Assembly (NCBI GenBank): GCA_041746575.1
Contig: JBGTGT010000069.1
Coordinates: forward strand, 1-35,534
DNA: 35,534 bases
Origin: Microcystaceae cyanobacterium
GTDB lineage: Bacteria; Cyanobacteriota; Cyanobacteriia; Cyanobacteriales; Microcystaceae
Reading direction: 5' to 3'
Shown here: positions 10,939 to 20,598 of the stretch, piece after piece
How positions within the stretch are numbered: position 1 is the first letter of the stretch
Layout: each line of letters starts with the position of its first letter
Program-made: the position numbers and the translations under genes
The notes under the pieces: generated by a model
The model's input: the letters and a program-made list of their open reading frames with translations, nothing else
The model's database searches: none
What the model was told of the DNA's origin: nothing

Positions 10939-11862
10939 ATGGCTAAAAAATGGGTGCTAATGGATCATGATGGGGCAATTGATGATTTTTTGTCTTTGAT
11001 TCTCCTAATGACGATGGAGCATCTTTGTCCTGTCGGTGTCATTATTACACCTGCCGATTGTTACCTGCAAGCGGCCACACGGGTTACCCGTAAGATTTTA
11101 GACCTGATCGAAAAAGAGGACGTTCCCGTTGCGCAGAGTCCTGTCAGAGGAATTCATCCTTTTCCTCCTGAATATCGCAAAGATTGCACCATTATTGATA
11201 ATTTTCCGATTCTCAATACCCAAAAATCCTTAAAAACGCCCCTCATCGCTGAATCAGGGGTCGAATTTATGGTTAAGGTCTTGCAAGAAGCCCCCGAACC
11301 CGTTAAGCTCCTCATCACCGGCCCCCTGACGACCCTTGCTAACGCATTACGCCGCGATCCCCTCGTTGAAGCTAAAATTGACAAAATCGTCTGGATGGGG
11401 GGTGCATTGGAAGTTTCAGGCAATGTAGAACGGGTTTTTGCCCTAGAACACGACGGCTCAGCAGAATGGAATGTTTATTGGGATGCCATGGCCGCTAAAC
11501 AGGTTTGGCAGACTCAGATTCCGATTATTTTATGTCCCCTTGATTTGACGAATACCGTCCCCGTTACCCCCCATCTGATTCGTCAATTAACACAACAAAG
11601 ACACTATCCTTTATCCGACTTAGCCGGTTTATGTTACGCCTTGGCCATCCCTCAAAATTATTATTGTTGGGATGTGTTGGCCACCAGTTATTTAGGTCGT
11701 CCCGACTTATTCACTTTACAGGAAAGAGAAATAGAAATTATTACTACTGGCATCAGTGAAGGCAGAACCCAATTGATTGAGAACGGTCGCAAAGTGCAAG
11801 TGATGACAACCGTTGATCATACTCAATTTTATGATTATTTTCTGACCCAACTGGCACGATAA
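10939..11862 (+). CDS. Nucleoside hydrolase (IAG-NH-like, probably purine-preferring)
   Basis: DHDGAIDD Ca-binding motif, TGPLT, WMGG, AEWNVYWD, YYCWD. The start abuts the sufE stop (TAA-ATG). Confidence 0.9.
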   Translation: MAKKWVLMDHDGAIDDFLSLILLMTMEHLCPVGVIITPADCYLQAATRVTRKILDLIEKEDVPVAQSPVRGIHPFPPEYRKDCTIIDNFPILNTQKSLKTPLIAESGVEFMVKVLQEAPEPVKLLITGPLTTLANALRRDPLVEAKIDKIVWMGGALEVSGNVERVFALEHDGSAEWNVYWDAMAAKQVWQTQIPIILCPLDLTNTVPVTPHLIRQLTQQRHYPLSDLAGLCYALAIPQNYYCWDVLATSYLGRPDLFTLQEREIEIITTGISEGRTQLIENGRKVQVMTTVDHTQFYDYFLTQLAR

Positions 11863-12083
11863 ATCTTGTCCCTTCACGTTAAACCTTAAGAACCCCTAAA
11901 AGTCGCCAAAATTCGTCCTCCTAAATAACAATCGCCATTCTCATTCAGGCGTGGTACTTTAAAACAGGGATAACAACTTAATACCCACCCTTAAAATAGG
12001 GATGCTCCAATCAGTCGCTCAAATCGCCTATTTTCTAGGTTTATCTGCATCATTTCCCCGTATCAATCGGATTTTAGGATTAT

Positions 12084-13169
12084 ATGACCATCAGAAATAT
12101 TATTTCCCTAGGACTCCTGATCTTTGTTCCCTTTGCTATTGTCGCCGAACAGCTTCACTGGAGTGCGTTAACGGTTTTTATTCTCTCTGCAATCGCCATT
12201 ATTCCCCTTGCAATCTGGTTAAGTACAGCCACCGAAGAAGTTGCCATTATCGTCGGCCCCTCCATTGGCGGCTTACTCAATGCGGTGTTTGGTAATGCTA
12301 CCGAGTTAATTATTGCCGTTGTTGCCCTCAAATCGGGTTTAATCGATATCGTCAAAGCCAGTATTACAGGAAGTATCATCAGCAATTTGCTATTATGTAT
12401 GGGTTTATCAATGTTTTTGGGCGGATTACGCTACAAAGAGCAAGATTTTCAACCTGTTGTCGCCAGAGTTAATGGTTCGACGATGACCCTAGCCGTTATT
12501 GCCATTGTGCTACCGGCCTTAGTGGTTTCAACAACAGACGGCAAAATCGGGGAAATTGAGGTGACTGAACTCTCCATCACCATCGCCGTTATCCTCATAA
12601 TTGTTTACGCCCTAACCCTGATTTTTTCTTTAAAAACCCATAGTTATCTTTATGATGTTGGCTTAGCCGATTTAGAGGAAGAAATCGAGAAAGAAGGCGA
12701 ACATAAGCCGAATTTATGGCTATGGATAGGCGTTCTGGTAGTAGCAACGATTGCCGTCGCTTTTATCTCAGAAATCTTTGTCGGGGCAGTAGAAGAAGCC
12801 ACAGAAGGATTAGGGTTAACCCCGCTTTTTACTGGGGTGATTTTGGTACCTTTAGTCGGTGGTGCGGCGGAATATGTCACCTCAGTAAGGGTAGCCATGA
12901 AAAATAACATGGATTTATCTATATCGGTCGTTATGGGGTCAAGTTTATTGATTGCCCTCTTTGTTGCGCCGCTTTTAGTCCTAGTCGGCCAATGGATGGG
13001 TCAACCGATGGATTTCAACTTTAATTTATTTGAAGTAGTAGCGGTCACCATTGCGGTTACTTTTGCTAATTTAATTAGTTTGGACGGCCGTTCTAATTGG
13101 TTAGAAGGCGCATTATTATTGGCAACGTACATCATTTTAGGTTTTGTTTTCTATTTTCATCCGGCTTAA
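12084..13169 (+). CDS. chaA: Ca2+/H+ antiporter (CAX/ChaA family)
   Basis: GGLLNAVFGNATE and GGAAE alpha-repeats, acidic central loop, NWLEG, about 11 TM segments. Confidence 0.9.
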   Translation: MTIRNIISLGLLIFVPFAIVAEQLHWSALTVFILSAIAIIPLAIWLSTATEEVAIIVGPSIGGLLNAVFGNATELIIAVVALKSGLIDIVKASITGSIISNLLLCMGLSMFLGGLRYKEQDFQPVVARVNGSTMTLAVIAIVLPALVVSTTDGKIGEIEVTELSITIAVILIIVYALTLIFSLKTHSYLYDVGLADLEEEIEKEGEHKPNLWLWIGVLVVATIAVAFISEIFVGAVEEATEGLGLTPLFTGVILVPLVGGAAEYVTSVRVAMKNNMDLSISVVMGSSLLIALFVAPLLVLVGQWMGQPMDFNFNLFEVVAVTIAVTFANLISLDGRSNWLEGALLLATYIILGFVFYFHPA

Positions 13170-13194
13170 TTTTTCATGATCTCAGCAAAAAGTG

Positions 13195-15045
13195 TTACTG
13201 ACAAGATTGGTCAAACATTCGTTTTTTTTCTACGGTTTGAACTTCATTGGGGGGAACCGTTTGTTCATCCATAAAATAGATCGTTAAACGTTCTAACTGC
13301 CGCTCACTAGGATGATTACGATTCCAGTTACGACATAAATAATCAGCAAAAGGAGGCATGAGAATTTTACTATCTAACCCTTGAATTTTAATAAAAAAGA
13401 TACGCCATTGCATATTCGGATAAATTTCATAGCGTTGCGTGGGGGTTAACTTTTCCCAACGAATGGGTTTATCTTCTTGTAAAACATTGACTTCCGTACC
13501 ATCTTTGAGGGTACCCACAATTACGTGCCATCCATCGAATCGGGGAGGATTAGGTGCAAAAATACTCCAAACTTGGTCTAAACGGGTGAGATATCCAATA
13601 TTATGAATTTTTTGAAAGGTTCGGCGGTTAAAGAGTTTATACGTCTGGGTAGCAAAATCCTTCGGTTGTTCTTGACGACGAAGAACGGTTTGGGTGACGA
13701 AACCTCTTAAATTCCACAACGTTGTCAGAAATAATAATCCTAAGATAATCACATTAAGAAATGCAGGATCTTTATCCCTCAGAGGACGAAATTTAAAAGG
13801 CCGAGTCAAGATTCCTGCAGTTTTGCGATTCGTGGCAATGGTTTCATAGAATTTAGTCCCGACCTTCATCAGGGGTTTCCAGCGCAAAAGCGGTGCAAGA
13901 GCCCATAAAATTGGCGAAATTGAGCAAACATAAGCGATCGCTTCAAATTTATGATGATGATTGCCTTGATAATCCACCACCACCCAAGAATTAATTCGTT
14001 GCATTTCCTCGCAAATATCTTCTTGACTCTGGGCTTCTAAGAGAGGTGTATGAGGTAAAATAGCTAAAGTTCGGATAAAATAAACAACTTTCTTGCAAAA
14101 TCCACAATCTGCATCATAATATACTGTCAAACCTGCTCTTTCTGCTATGCTAATCCGTTTTTCCAGACGATCCCAAATCTCAGTCGGGATCAAAATGAAC
14201 CAATTAACAATACTTAAATAACTAAAAATGCCAAGTTCAAAGGTTAAACCAAAGACAAGATGAAGTAAGGTAAAAGAAGCAATGGCAATACAACGAAATC
14301 CCCAATTCCAAAACGGAATAAAGATTAATAAAGAGCCTAACCATTCAAATAATAAGGTAGAATAGGTCATCAATCTGAGAATTTCTTGGGGAAAATTCGC
14401 CAAAAAAAGCGCAAGATTACGAGCATATTGCTCAAAATGAACCGAATAATAAACTGCGTCCCCATCGGGAAACCAAATCGGGCTTTTCGTTTTATAGGCC
14501 GCTGACCAAATATAAATAAAGCAAAGTTGTATCATGAAGGCAAAGGTCGCCCCACTGACCAATCGCTTCGATAGGGGTTTAGGCGCATTATTTAAGGCAC
14601 TATCTACTGAATAACACGATCCCAAGGGCAAAAACATTGACCAAAACAAAACTGCCCGTAAAACATCATCTCCGGCAAACAGCAAAACAGGCGCACGATG
14701 TTGTAAAGAGATAGTCAAAGCCCAAAGAGCGATAGTTGCTAAACGGGTGCGATAACCGATTAAAAGCGCAACAGCGACGGCAAAAGCCAGCACAAACAAG
14801 AAAATTTGCCACCAAACGCTCCCACTCAGTAAATGAAATGACCAATACAGAGGATGAAGCAGTTGCTCGATGACCACTGGTCGAGGTAAAACCCCCGCAT
14901 CCGTGTAATGGGCTGTTAGACTGCGAGAACGACCGATTAAATCAGCCATAACGACTAAGGCAAGACCCATCCGAAAAACCGCCATTGATCGCCGATCAAA
15001 GGCTAAAACGGTGGTTAACCGATCTTTTAAGGTTGGAGAACTCAT
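13195..15045 (-). CDS. HTTM-domain (vitamin K-dependent gamma-carboxylase-like) membrane protein with an inserted DCC1-like thiol-disulfide domain
   Basis: HTTM features (HYTDAGVLPR, LIGYRTR, FLPLGSCYSVD, WFPDGDAVYY), internal YYDADCGFC (DxxCxxC), C-terminal LDQVWSIFAPNPP. Confidence 0.8.
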   Translation of the reverse strand: MSSPTLKDRLTTVLAFDRRSMAVFRMGLALVVMADLIGRSRSLTAHYTDAGVLPRPVVIEQLLHPLYWSFHLLSGSVWWQIFLFVLAFAVAVALLIGYRTRLATIALWALTISLQHRAPVLLFAGDDVLRAVLFWSMFLPLGSCYSVDSALNNAPKPLSKRLVSGATFAFMIQLCFIYIWSAAYKTKSPIWFPDGDAVYYSVHFEQYARNLALFLANFPQEILRLMTYSTLLFEWLGSLLIFIPFWNWGFRCIAIASFTLLHLVFGLTFELGIFSYLSIVNWFILIPTEIWDRLEKRISIAERAGLTVYYDADCGFCKKVVYFIRTLAILPHTPLLEAQSQEDICEEMQRINSWVVVDYQGNHHHKFEAIAYVCSISPILWALAPLLRWKPLMKVGTKFYETIATNRKTAGILTRPFKFRPLRDKDPAFLNVIILGLLFLTTLWNLRGFVTQTVLRRQEQPKDFATQTYKLFNRRTFQKIHNIGYLTRLDQVWSIFAPNPPRFDGWHVIVGTLKDGTEVNVLQEDKPIRWEKLTPTQRYEIYPNMQWRIFFIKIQGLDSKILMPPFADYLCRNWNRNHPSERQLERLTIYFMDEQTVPPNEVQTVEKKRMFDQSCQ

Positions 15046-15050
15046 AAATA

Positions 15051-15071
15051 CAGTTATCAGTAAACAGTGAC
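15051..15071 (+). repeat. Three degenerate tandem heptamers (STRR-like)
   Basis: CAGTTAT-CAGTAAA-CAGTGAC in the 46-bp rsmH-HTTM spacer. Confidence 0.5.
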
Positions 15072-15091
15072 CCGTAAATCTTAATCTAAAA

Positions 15092-15958
15092 TTATAAATT
15101 AAACTTGCGCTGAGCTATTCTTAACTTAGCAGAACGAGAACGGGGATTGCTTTGAATTTCCTTTTCTTTTGGGGTAATAGGCTTTTTGGTAACCACATCT
15201 AATAGATCGCAATCCCGAAACCCATATTTTACCCGACGATCCTCCAAACTGTGAAAACTAATAATCCCGATTTTGCCTCCTGCTTTTAACCATTGGGGAG
15301 AGTGAAGGAGAAATCGCTCCAAAGAACCTAATTCATCATTTACCGCAATGCGTAACCCTTGAAAAACCCTTGTTGCAGGATGAATCCGTCCATAACGGGC
15401 TTTGGGGGGGTAACAAAGAGCGATCGCTTCTGCCACATCTGTAGTGGTTTGAAAAGGCCGATTTTGAACAATTTTGCGGGCAATGCGACGAGATAGTCGT
15501 TCCTCCCCATATTCATAAAAAATATCAGCCAATTGCTTTTCAGACCAATGATTAATCATCTCAGCGGCCGTTAATTCTTGAGAAGCGTCCATCCGCATAT
15601 CCAAGGGAGCCGTGTTACGAAAACTAAAGCCTCGTTCAGCTTGGTCAAATTGGGGAGAACTGACTCCTAAATCTGCAATAATACCATTAAATTCTTCTAA
15701 ATTTCCTCTATAATCAGCAAAATTTCCTCGCCAAAAATGAATTCTTGCCGCAAAATCAGGCGACAAAAGAGATTTCGTGATTTCTAAAGCCGTCGCATCC
15801 CGATCAATCGCAGTAACCGAGACATCAGGATGAGCAGACAAGATTAAACGAGTGTGACCACCTCTGCCGAGGGTTGCATCCAAGTAATGACCTTGAGGTT
15901 GAATGGCTAACCCTTCAATCAGTTCTTGGGCTAAAACGGGAAGATGAGCCGAGGACAT
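15092..15958 (-). CDS. rsmH: 16S rRNA m4C1402 methyltransferase
   Basis: [56 protein letters not shown]. Confidence 0.97.
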   Translation of the reverse strand: MSSAHLPVLAQELIEGLAIQPQGHYLDATLGRGGHTRLILSAHPDVSVTAIDRDATALEITKSLLSPDFAARIHFWRGNFADYRGNLEEFNGIIADLGVSSPQFDQAERGFSFRNTAPLDMRMDASQELTAAEMINHWSEKQLADIFYEYGEERLSRRIARKIVQNRPFQTTTDVAEAIALCYPPKARYGRIHPATRVFQGLRIAVNDELGSLERFLLHSPQWLKAGGKIGIISFHSLEDRRVKYGFRDCDLLDVVTKKPITPKEKEIQSNPRSRSAKLRIAQRKFNL

Positions 15959-16121
15959 GGTTTAAGAAAACAGAGACAAGAGAGAGGGGATAAGAGAATT
16001 TTTACCCAATCCTCAGAAAATGTTACCATTTGATCGGGAAATCATTAAGCACATCTGGCTTAATTCTTTAGATCCCACCGACTTCTCCGTTTTGTTTCCG
16101 TCGCTGAGACCCGAAAAATCC

Positions 16122-16448
16122 ATGAAATCTAAAGTTGCCATTGTTCAACCTTCCGGTATTTTAGACGGGACAAAAGCCGCAGGGTTCCGTCAAGAGATCA
16201 GTAATTTGATGGAGAATAAAGCAGATATCGTGATTATTGACTTTAAAAACGTGACATTTATGGATAGTTCTGGCTTAGGGGCCTTAGTATTATCGTTAAA
16301 GACAGTGAGAGCGGCACAAAGACAGCTATTTCTCTGTTCGATTAACGATCAAATTAAAATGCTCTTTGAATTAACCAGTATGGATCAAGTGTTCGAGATT
16401 TTTGCCAATCGCGAAGAACTAGAACAGAAAATCCTGAATCAAGCTTAA
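16122..16448 (+). CDS. STAS-domain anti-sigma factor antagonist
   Basis: VTFMDSSGLGALV phospho-acceptor motif. ATG 16122 gives the usual ~108-aa length (the track extends it to 16020). Confidence 0.9.
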   Translation: MKSKVAIVQPSGILDGTKAAGFRQEISNLMENKADIVIIDFKNVTFMDSSGLGALVLSLKTVRAAQRQLFLCSINDQIKMLFELTSMDQVFEIFANREELEQKILNQA

Positions 16449-16548
16449 GGTGAGGATATACCTACCCAAAGCGTCTTTAACTTGAGTCAAACTTCAGGAT
16501 AAGATGAACCAAAGACTTTTGTTCACCCCACTTAAGGAATTTTAATTG

Positions 16549-17292
16549 ATGTTCTCAGCCCTTGCTAAAGATTTTAAAATTATCTTTGAGCGTGATCCGG
16601 CGGCACGTAATTGGTTGGAAGTCCTATTTTGTTACCCCGGCTTTCAAGCTTTGCTCTTTCATCGTTTTGCCCATCGCCTCTACCGTTTAGGTTTTCCTTT
16701 GATGCCTCGACTCATTTCTCATTTTTCTCGCTTCATCACGGGCATTGAAATTCATCCGGGTGCCCAAATTGGCCATGGGGTTTTTATTGATCATGGCATG
16801 GGGGTTGTGATCGGGGAAACGGCGATTGTTGGTGATTATACGCTGATTTATCAAGGCGTCACCCTAGGGGGAACAGGCAAAGAAACCGGCAAACGCCATC
16901 CCACGTTAGGGGAAAATGTCGTCGTTGGTGCAGGCGCAAAGGTATTAGGAAATATTTATATCGGCAATAATGTCAGAATAGGGGCAGGTTCAGTGGTTTT
17001 GCGGGACGTTCCCTCGGATTCAACCGTTGTTGGGGTTCCGGGTCGAATTAAGCACCGTTCTGAAGCGAAAATTAATCCCCTTGCTCACAATAATTTGCCT
17101 GATTCTGAGGCGGATGTGATTCGGACGCTACTTGATCGTATTGAATCTCTAGAGCAAGAAGTCCAGTTACTCAAAAAGGCTTCAGCCAGAGAAACGGTCT
17201 TAATGGGCAGTTCTGCTGAATTATCTTATCATCATGATAATTGTCGCTTGAGCGATCGGGAAATAGAAGAATTTTTAGGCGGAACAATGTGA
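16549..17292 (+). CDS. cysE: Serine O-acetyltransferase
   Basis: [47 protein letters not shown], hexapeptide repeats. Confidence 0.97.
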   Translation: MFSALAKDFKIIFERDPAARNWLEVLFCYPGFQALLFHRFAHRLYRLGFPLMPRLISHFSRFITGIEIHPGAQIGHGVFIDHGMGVVIGETAIVGDYTLIYQGVTLGGTGKETGKRHPTLGENVVVGAGAKVLGNIYIGNNVRIGAGSVVLRDVPSDSTVVGVPGRIKHRSEAKINPLAHNNLPDSEADVIRTLLDRIESLEQEVQLLKKASARETVLMGSSAELSYHHDNCRLSDREIEEFLGGTM

Positions 17293-17410
17293 TTTGAATG
17301 AAGGTCGACAAACGGAGCGAAGAATTTTCTTTAACGTCGCTCATTCTACTGCTTTCTTCTTATTCTTACTTGCCAAGCGTGACCAGTAACCCAGAACTTA
17401 AAACGTTGTA

Positions 17411-18382
17411 ATGTCTCAAGTTATTTGTATCGGAGAAATTCTATTTGACGATTTGGCCGAACAACTCGGTCGTCCGCTAGAAGACGTCACCTCATGGCAA
17501 TCCTATCCCGGTGGCGCACCCGCTAATGTGGCCTGTGGATTGGTTAAATTAGGCACATCTGCGGCATTTTGGGGGTGTGTTGGCCAAGATTTGGCAGGCA
17601 AGGAATTGGTGGAGCTATTACGAACGATTGGGGTAAATACTGAAGGCATCCAATATCATGAAACGGCTCCGACTCGGAAGGTTTATGTAACTCGCTCTTT
17701 AGTGGGAGAACGCCATTTCGCAGGATTTGGCAAGATAAACACGACGCAGTTTGCCGATACTCGCTTGCAAGCCGATTTACTCCCTTTATCAGCCTTGAAA
17801 AAGGCTCAATATTTGGTAACAGGAACGTTAGGATTAGCCTATCGGGATAGTCGTCAAGCCATTCTCAAAACCCTAGCATCGGCGCAACAACAAGGGGTTA
17901 AGGTATTTGTAGATATTAATTGGCGTCCCGTTTTTTGGACGAACCCTGAAGACGCCCCTTCCATGATTGAATCCATTTTAAGCCATGCCACGATTCTGAA
18001 ATGTTCAGATGAGGAGGCACAGTGGTTATTCGCAACGGAAGATCCTTCAGTGATTAAAGGCAAATTTCCCCATCTTCAAGGGATCTTAATTACAGCAGGG
18101 GAAAAAGGGTGTACTTATTGCATCGGAGCGTCTCAAACGCATCAGTCCGTTTTTCGGGTCAATACGATTGATACAACGGGCGCAGGAGATAGCTTTGTGG
18201 CGGGATTTTTACACCAATGTTGTCAAATGGGAAATGATATTTTCAAAGACGCCAATTTAGCCCAAAAAGCGATTATTTACGCCAGTGCGGTCGGTGCATT
18301 AACGACTACCCAAGCCGGCGCGATCGCCGCTCAACCCACAGCAGAAGAGGTTCAACGTTTTTTAATCTTGAATCGTCACTGA
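17411..18382 (+). CDS. PfkB-family carbohydrate kinase (fructokinase-like)
   Basis: PGGAPANVA, DINWRPVFW, DTTGAGDSF signature. Confidence 0.92.
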   Translation: MSQVICIGEILFDDLAEQLGRPLEDVTSWQSYPGGAPANVACGLVKLGTSAAFWGCVGQDLAGKELVELLRTIGVNTEGIQYHETAPTRKVYVTRSLVGERHFAGFGKINTTQFADTRLQADLLPLSALKKAQYLVTGTLGLAYRDSRQAILKTLASAQQQGVKVFVDINWRPVFWTNPEDAPSMIESILSHATILKCSDEEAQWLFATEDPSVIKGKFPHLQGILITAGEKGCTYCIGASQTHQSVFRVNTIDTTGAGDSFVAGFLHQCCQMGNDIFKDANLAQKAIIYASAVGALTTTQAGAIAAQPTAEEVQRFLILNRH

Positions 18383-18495
18383 GCTGGACTTAGGTGACTA
18401 TGAAGAATTGTGAATAGGAAGTTATCGTTTGCGAAATTCGGTAGAAGGTCAAAGTAGCAGTAACCCATAATAAATAAAGTTACCCCAAAAAAACG

Positions 18496-20439
18496 ATGGC
18501 CAATAAAGCTGTTTTATGCGGCATCAATCAATATCAAACCCAAACAGACCTGAGAGGCTGTCTGAACGATGTGGACAATCTTTCGTCTCTGCTTACCCAG
18601 TCTTTTGCCTTTGATCCCGCTAATATCCATTCATTACGGGATGAGCAAGTAACCAAACGTGCCATTGAAAAGGAATACAATTGGCTCATCAGGAATGTTC
18701 ACTCCGGCGATCAACTCGTTTTTCATTTTTCAGGTCATGGCTCTTATGTTCCCGATGATCAAGGAGATGAAAGCGATGGAGCAGATGAAATTCTCTGTCT
18801 TTATAATATGGACTTCTACAATCCTGAAACCTATATTCGGGATGATGAATGGCAGGCGATGATCGAACGTGTTCCCGATGGGGTACATTTAACTTTTATC
18901 TTTGATAGTTGCCATTCAGGAACAGGAACAAGAAGCATCACAGTAAATGTGGATGGAAATCAGCAAACACTCCTTCTAGATACTGAAACAGCAACTCAAC
19001 GCGGTCTTTACACCCCTTTAACCGTTAGTCGTTCAGGAAGTGAGTCAGACACCCTTGATTCAGCAGAATATCAGCAATTAGTACAAGAACAATCGGTGAT
19101 TTTACCCCGTTTTCTGCCCCCTCCACCAGAATTCGACAATAAAATTCGCTCCTTCGCCCGCTCAGGCACACTCAGAACCACCGTCCTCCCTTTGGAAAAA
19201 CATCTTCTTTTAGCAGGGTGTCGGGACGATCAAACCTCGGCAGATGCTTATATTGACAATAATTTCAACGGTGCATTCACCTATTATCTCTGTCAAACCC
19301 TGAGAGAAAATCCTAATTTGGGATCTCAGCAAACGATTCAACAGGTTACTCAACAGCTTACCAACAATCACTTTTTCCAAGAACCTCAACACGAGGGGCA
19401 ACCTCGAATCGGTTCACTTTTCGGTCAATCTTCTTCTAATACGGTTATTTCCGATAACGATATGCTTGATTCTATTCCCGATCCCAGAAACGTACCGAAT
19501 CTCACCCCAGAAAACCAGAAACTTCTGATAGAGGCCTATATTAAGCTTCTAGATACGCTTGGCGGCACAGGCGGTTTAGTCACCGAAGACAAAGAGATTA
19601 CCCTACGTCGCACTGCTAATCGGTATTTGGTCTATGTCCACGGCATTGGGACGCATCCGAAGGGCTATTCTGAGGATTGGTGGAACGCGCTTAAACCATT
19701 TGTTCCGGCTATCTTTGGCGATGGCAGCCTCAATGATACTCGACGAGAAGTCTTCTGGAGTGATTTAGTCAATCAAAAAAGCCGTTCTCTAGGCGATATC
19801 GCTCAAGAAGAACAATTACGCCGAGAAATTGAGTTAATTTTAGAAGAACGACGTAAACAGATGATTGCTGAACAGACGGGCGGTGGACAGGCGGCACGTC
19901 AAGCGATTCAAGCTCCTACTGCAAGAGGAGAGGGGCTATCTTGGGATGATTTTTTAGTTTATATGGTCAACCCGACGATGCGCCAAAACATTCTTAAACG
20001 TTTTACTGAGGTTGTTCAACCTTTACTAGCAAGCGGGGCTGAAATTGACATTATCTCTCACAGTTGGGGAACAGTGGTATCTTACGAAGGATTACGAGAA
20101 TTAGAACAGCTATCCTTATCAGGACGAGTAAATGCCTTCTTTACCGTCGGGAGTGCCTTATCCCTTGGGCCGGTTCGTATTGCTTTACGGTCAGAAAATA
20201 AAAATGGCCGTCGTCCAACCATGGTCAATCAATGGATTAATTTGGACGCTAAAGGAGATCTCGTCGGTGGACTCTTAGGAGACCAATTTGAAGTTAATCA
20301 AGAATATTTGAAATTAGAACCGACAGGTTGCCCCGGTTTCTTAGGAATTTATAATCTCGTCTGCGCTCACAGTTCCTATTTTGATCGTCGCAATTTGACC
20401 GTTAATGATGATATTTTTGCTCGATATATCAATGGTTAA
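18496..20439 (+). CDS. Caspase-like (peptidase C14, ortho/metacaspase) protease fused to a C-terminal alpha/beta-hydrolase
   Basis: Protease: LRGCLND, FSGHG (H81), DSCHSG (C139) and p10-like ACRDDQTSAD-type segment GCRDDQTSAD...GAFT...QEP. Hydrolase: VHGIG oxyanion loop, SHSWG elbow (S523), DAKGDLV (D588), AHSSY (H625). Confidence 0.88.
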   Translation: MANKAVLCGINQYQTQTDLRGCLNDVDNLSSLLTQSFAFDPANIHSLRDEQVTKRAIEKEYNWLIRNVHSGDQLVFHFSGHGSYVPDDQGDESDGADEILCLYNMDFYNPETYIRDDEWQAMIERVPDGVHLTFIFDSCHSGTGTRSITVNVDGNQQTLLLDTETATQRGLYTPLTVSRSGSESDTLDSAEYQQLVQEQSVILPRFLPPPPEFDNKIRSFARSGTLRTTVLPLEKHLLLAGCRDDQTSADAYIDNNFNGAFTYYLCQTLRENPNLGSQQTIQQVTQQLTNNHFFQEPQHEGQPRIGSLFGQSSSNTVISDNDMLDSIPDPRNVPNLTPENQKLLIEAYIKLLDTLGGTGGLVTEDKEITLRRTANRYLVYVHGIGTHPKGYSEDWWNALKPFVPAIFGDGSLNDTRREVFWSDLVNQKSRSLGDIAQEEQLRREIELILEERRKQMIAEQTGGGQAARQAIQAPTARGEGLSWDDFLVYMVNPTMRQNILKRFTEVVQPLLASGAEIDIISHSWGTVVSYEGLRELEQLSLSGRVNAFFTVGSALSLGPVRIALRSENKNGRRPTMVNQWINLDAKGDLVGGLLGDQFEVNQEYLKLEPTGCPGFLGIYNLVCAHSSYFDRRNLTVNDDIFARYING

Positions 20440-20459
20440 GACATAAAGAGTTAAGGGGT

Positions 20460-20496
20460 AAAAGAAAGGTAAAATCTCGCTTTTTCCCTTTCTTTT
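20460..20496 (+). terminator. Hairpin downstream of the caspase-hydrolase gene
   Basis: AAAAGAAAGG (20460-20469) pairs with CCTTTCTTTT (20487-20496). Confidence 0.5.
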
Positions 20497-20598
20497 CTGA
20501 AGAGATAACTGTCATCCCTTGATCAACTGAGCGTCATAGCACCGACATATCGCTTTTCTACACTCATAGGTATCAAACGAAGAAGTGGAGAAGCAACC

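Noticed and set aside
18496..20439. Absence of HIP1 in the caspase-hydrolase gene (and in the giant ORF) as evidence of horizontal transfer
   Set aside because: HIP1 density is only about 1 per 3 kb here, and core genes such as chlLN also lack it, so it is not informative.
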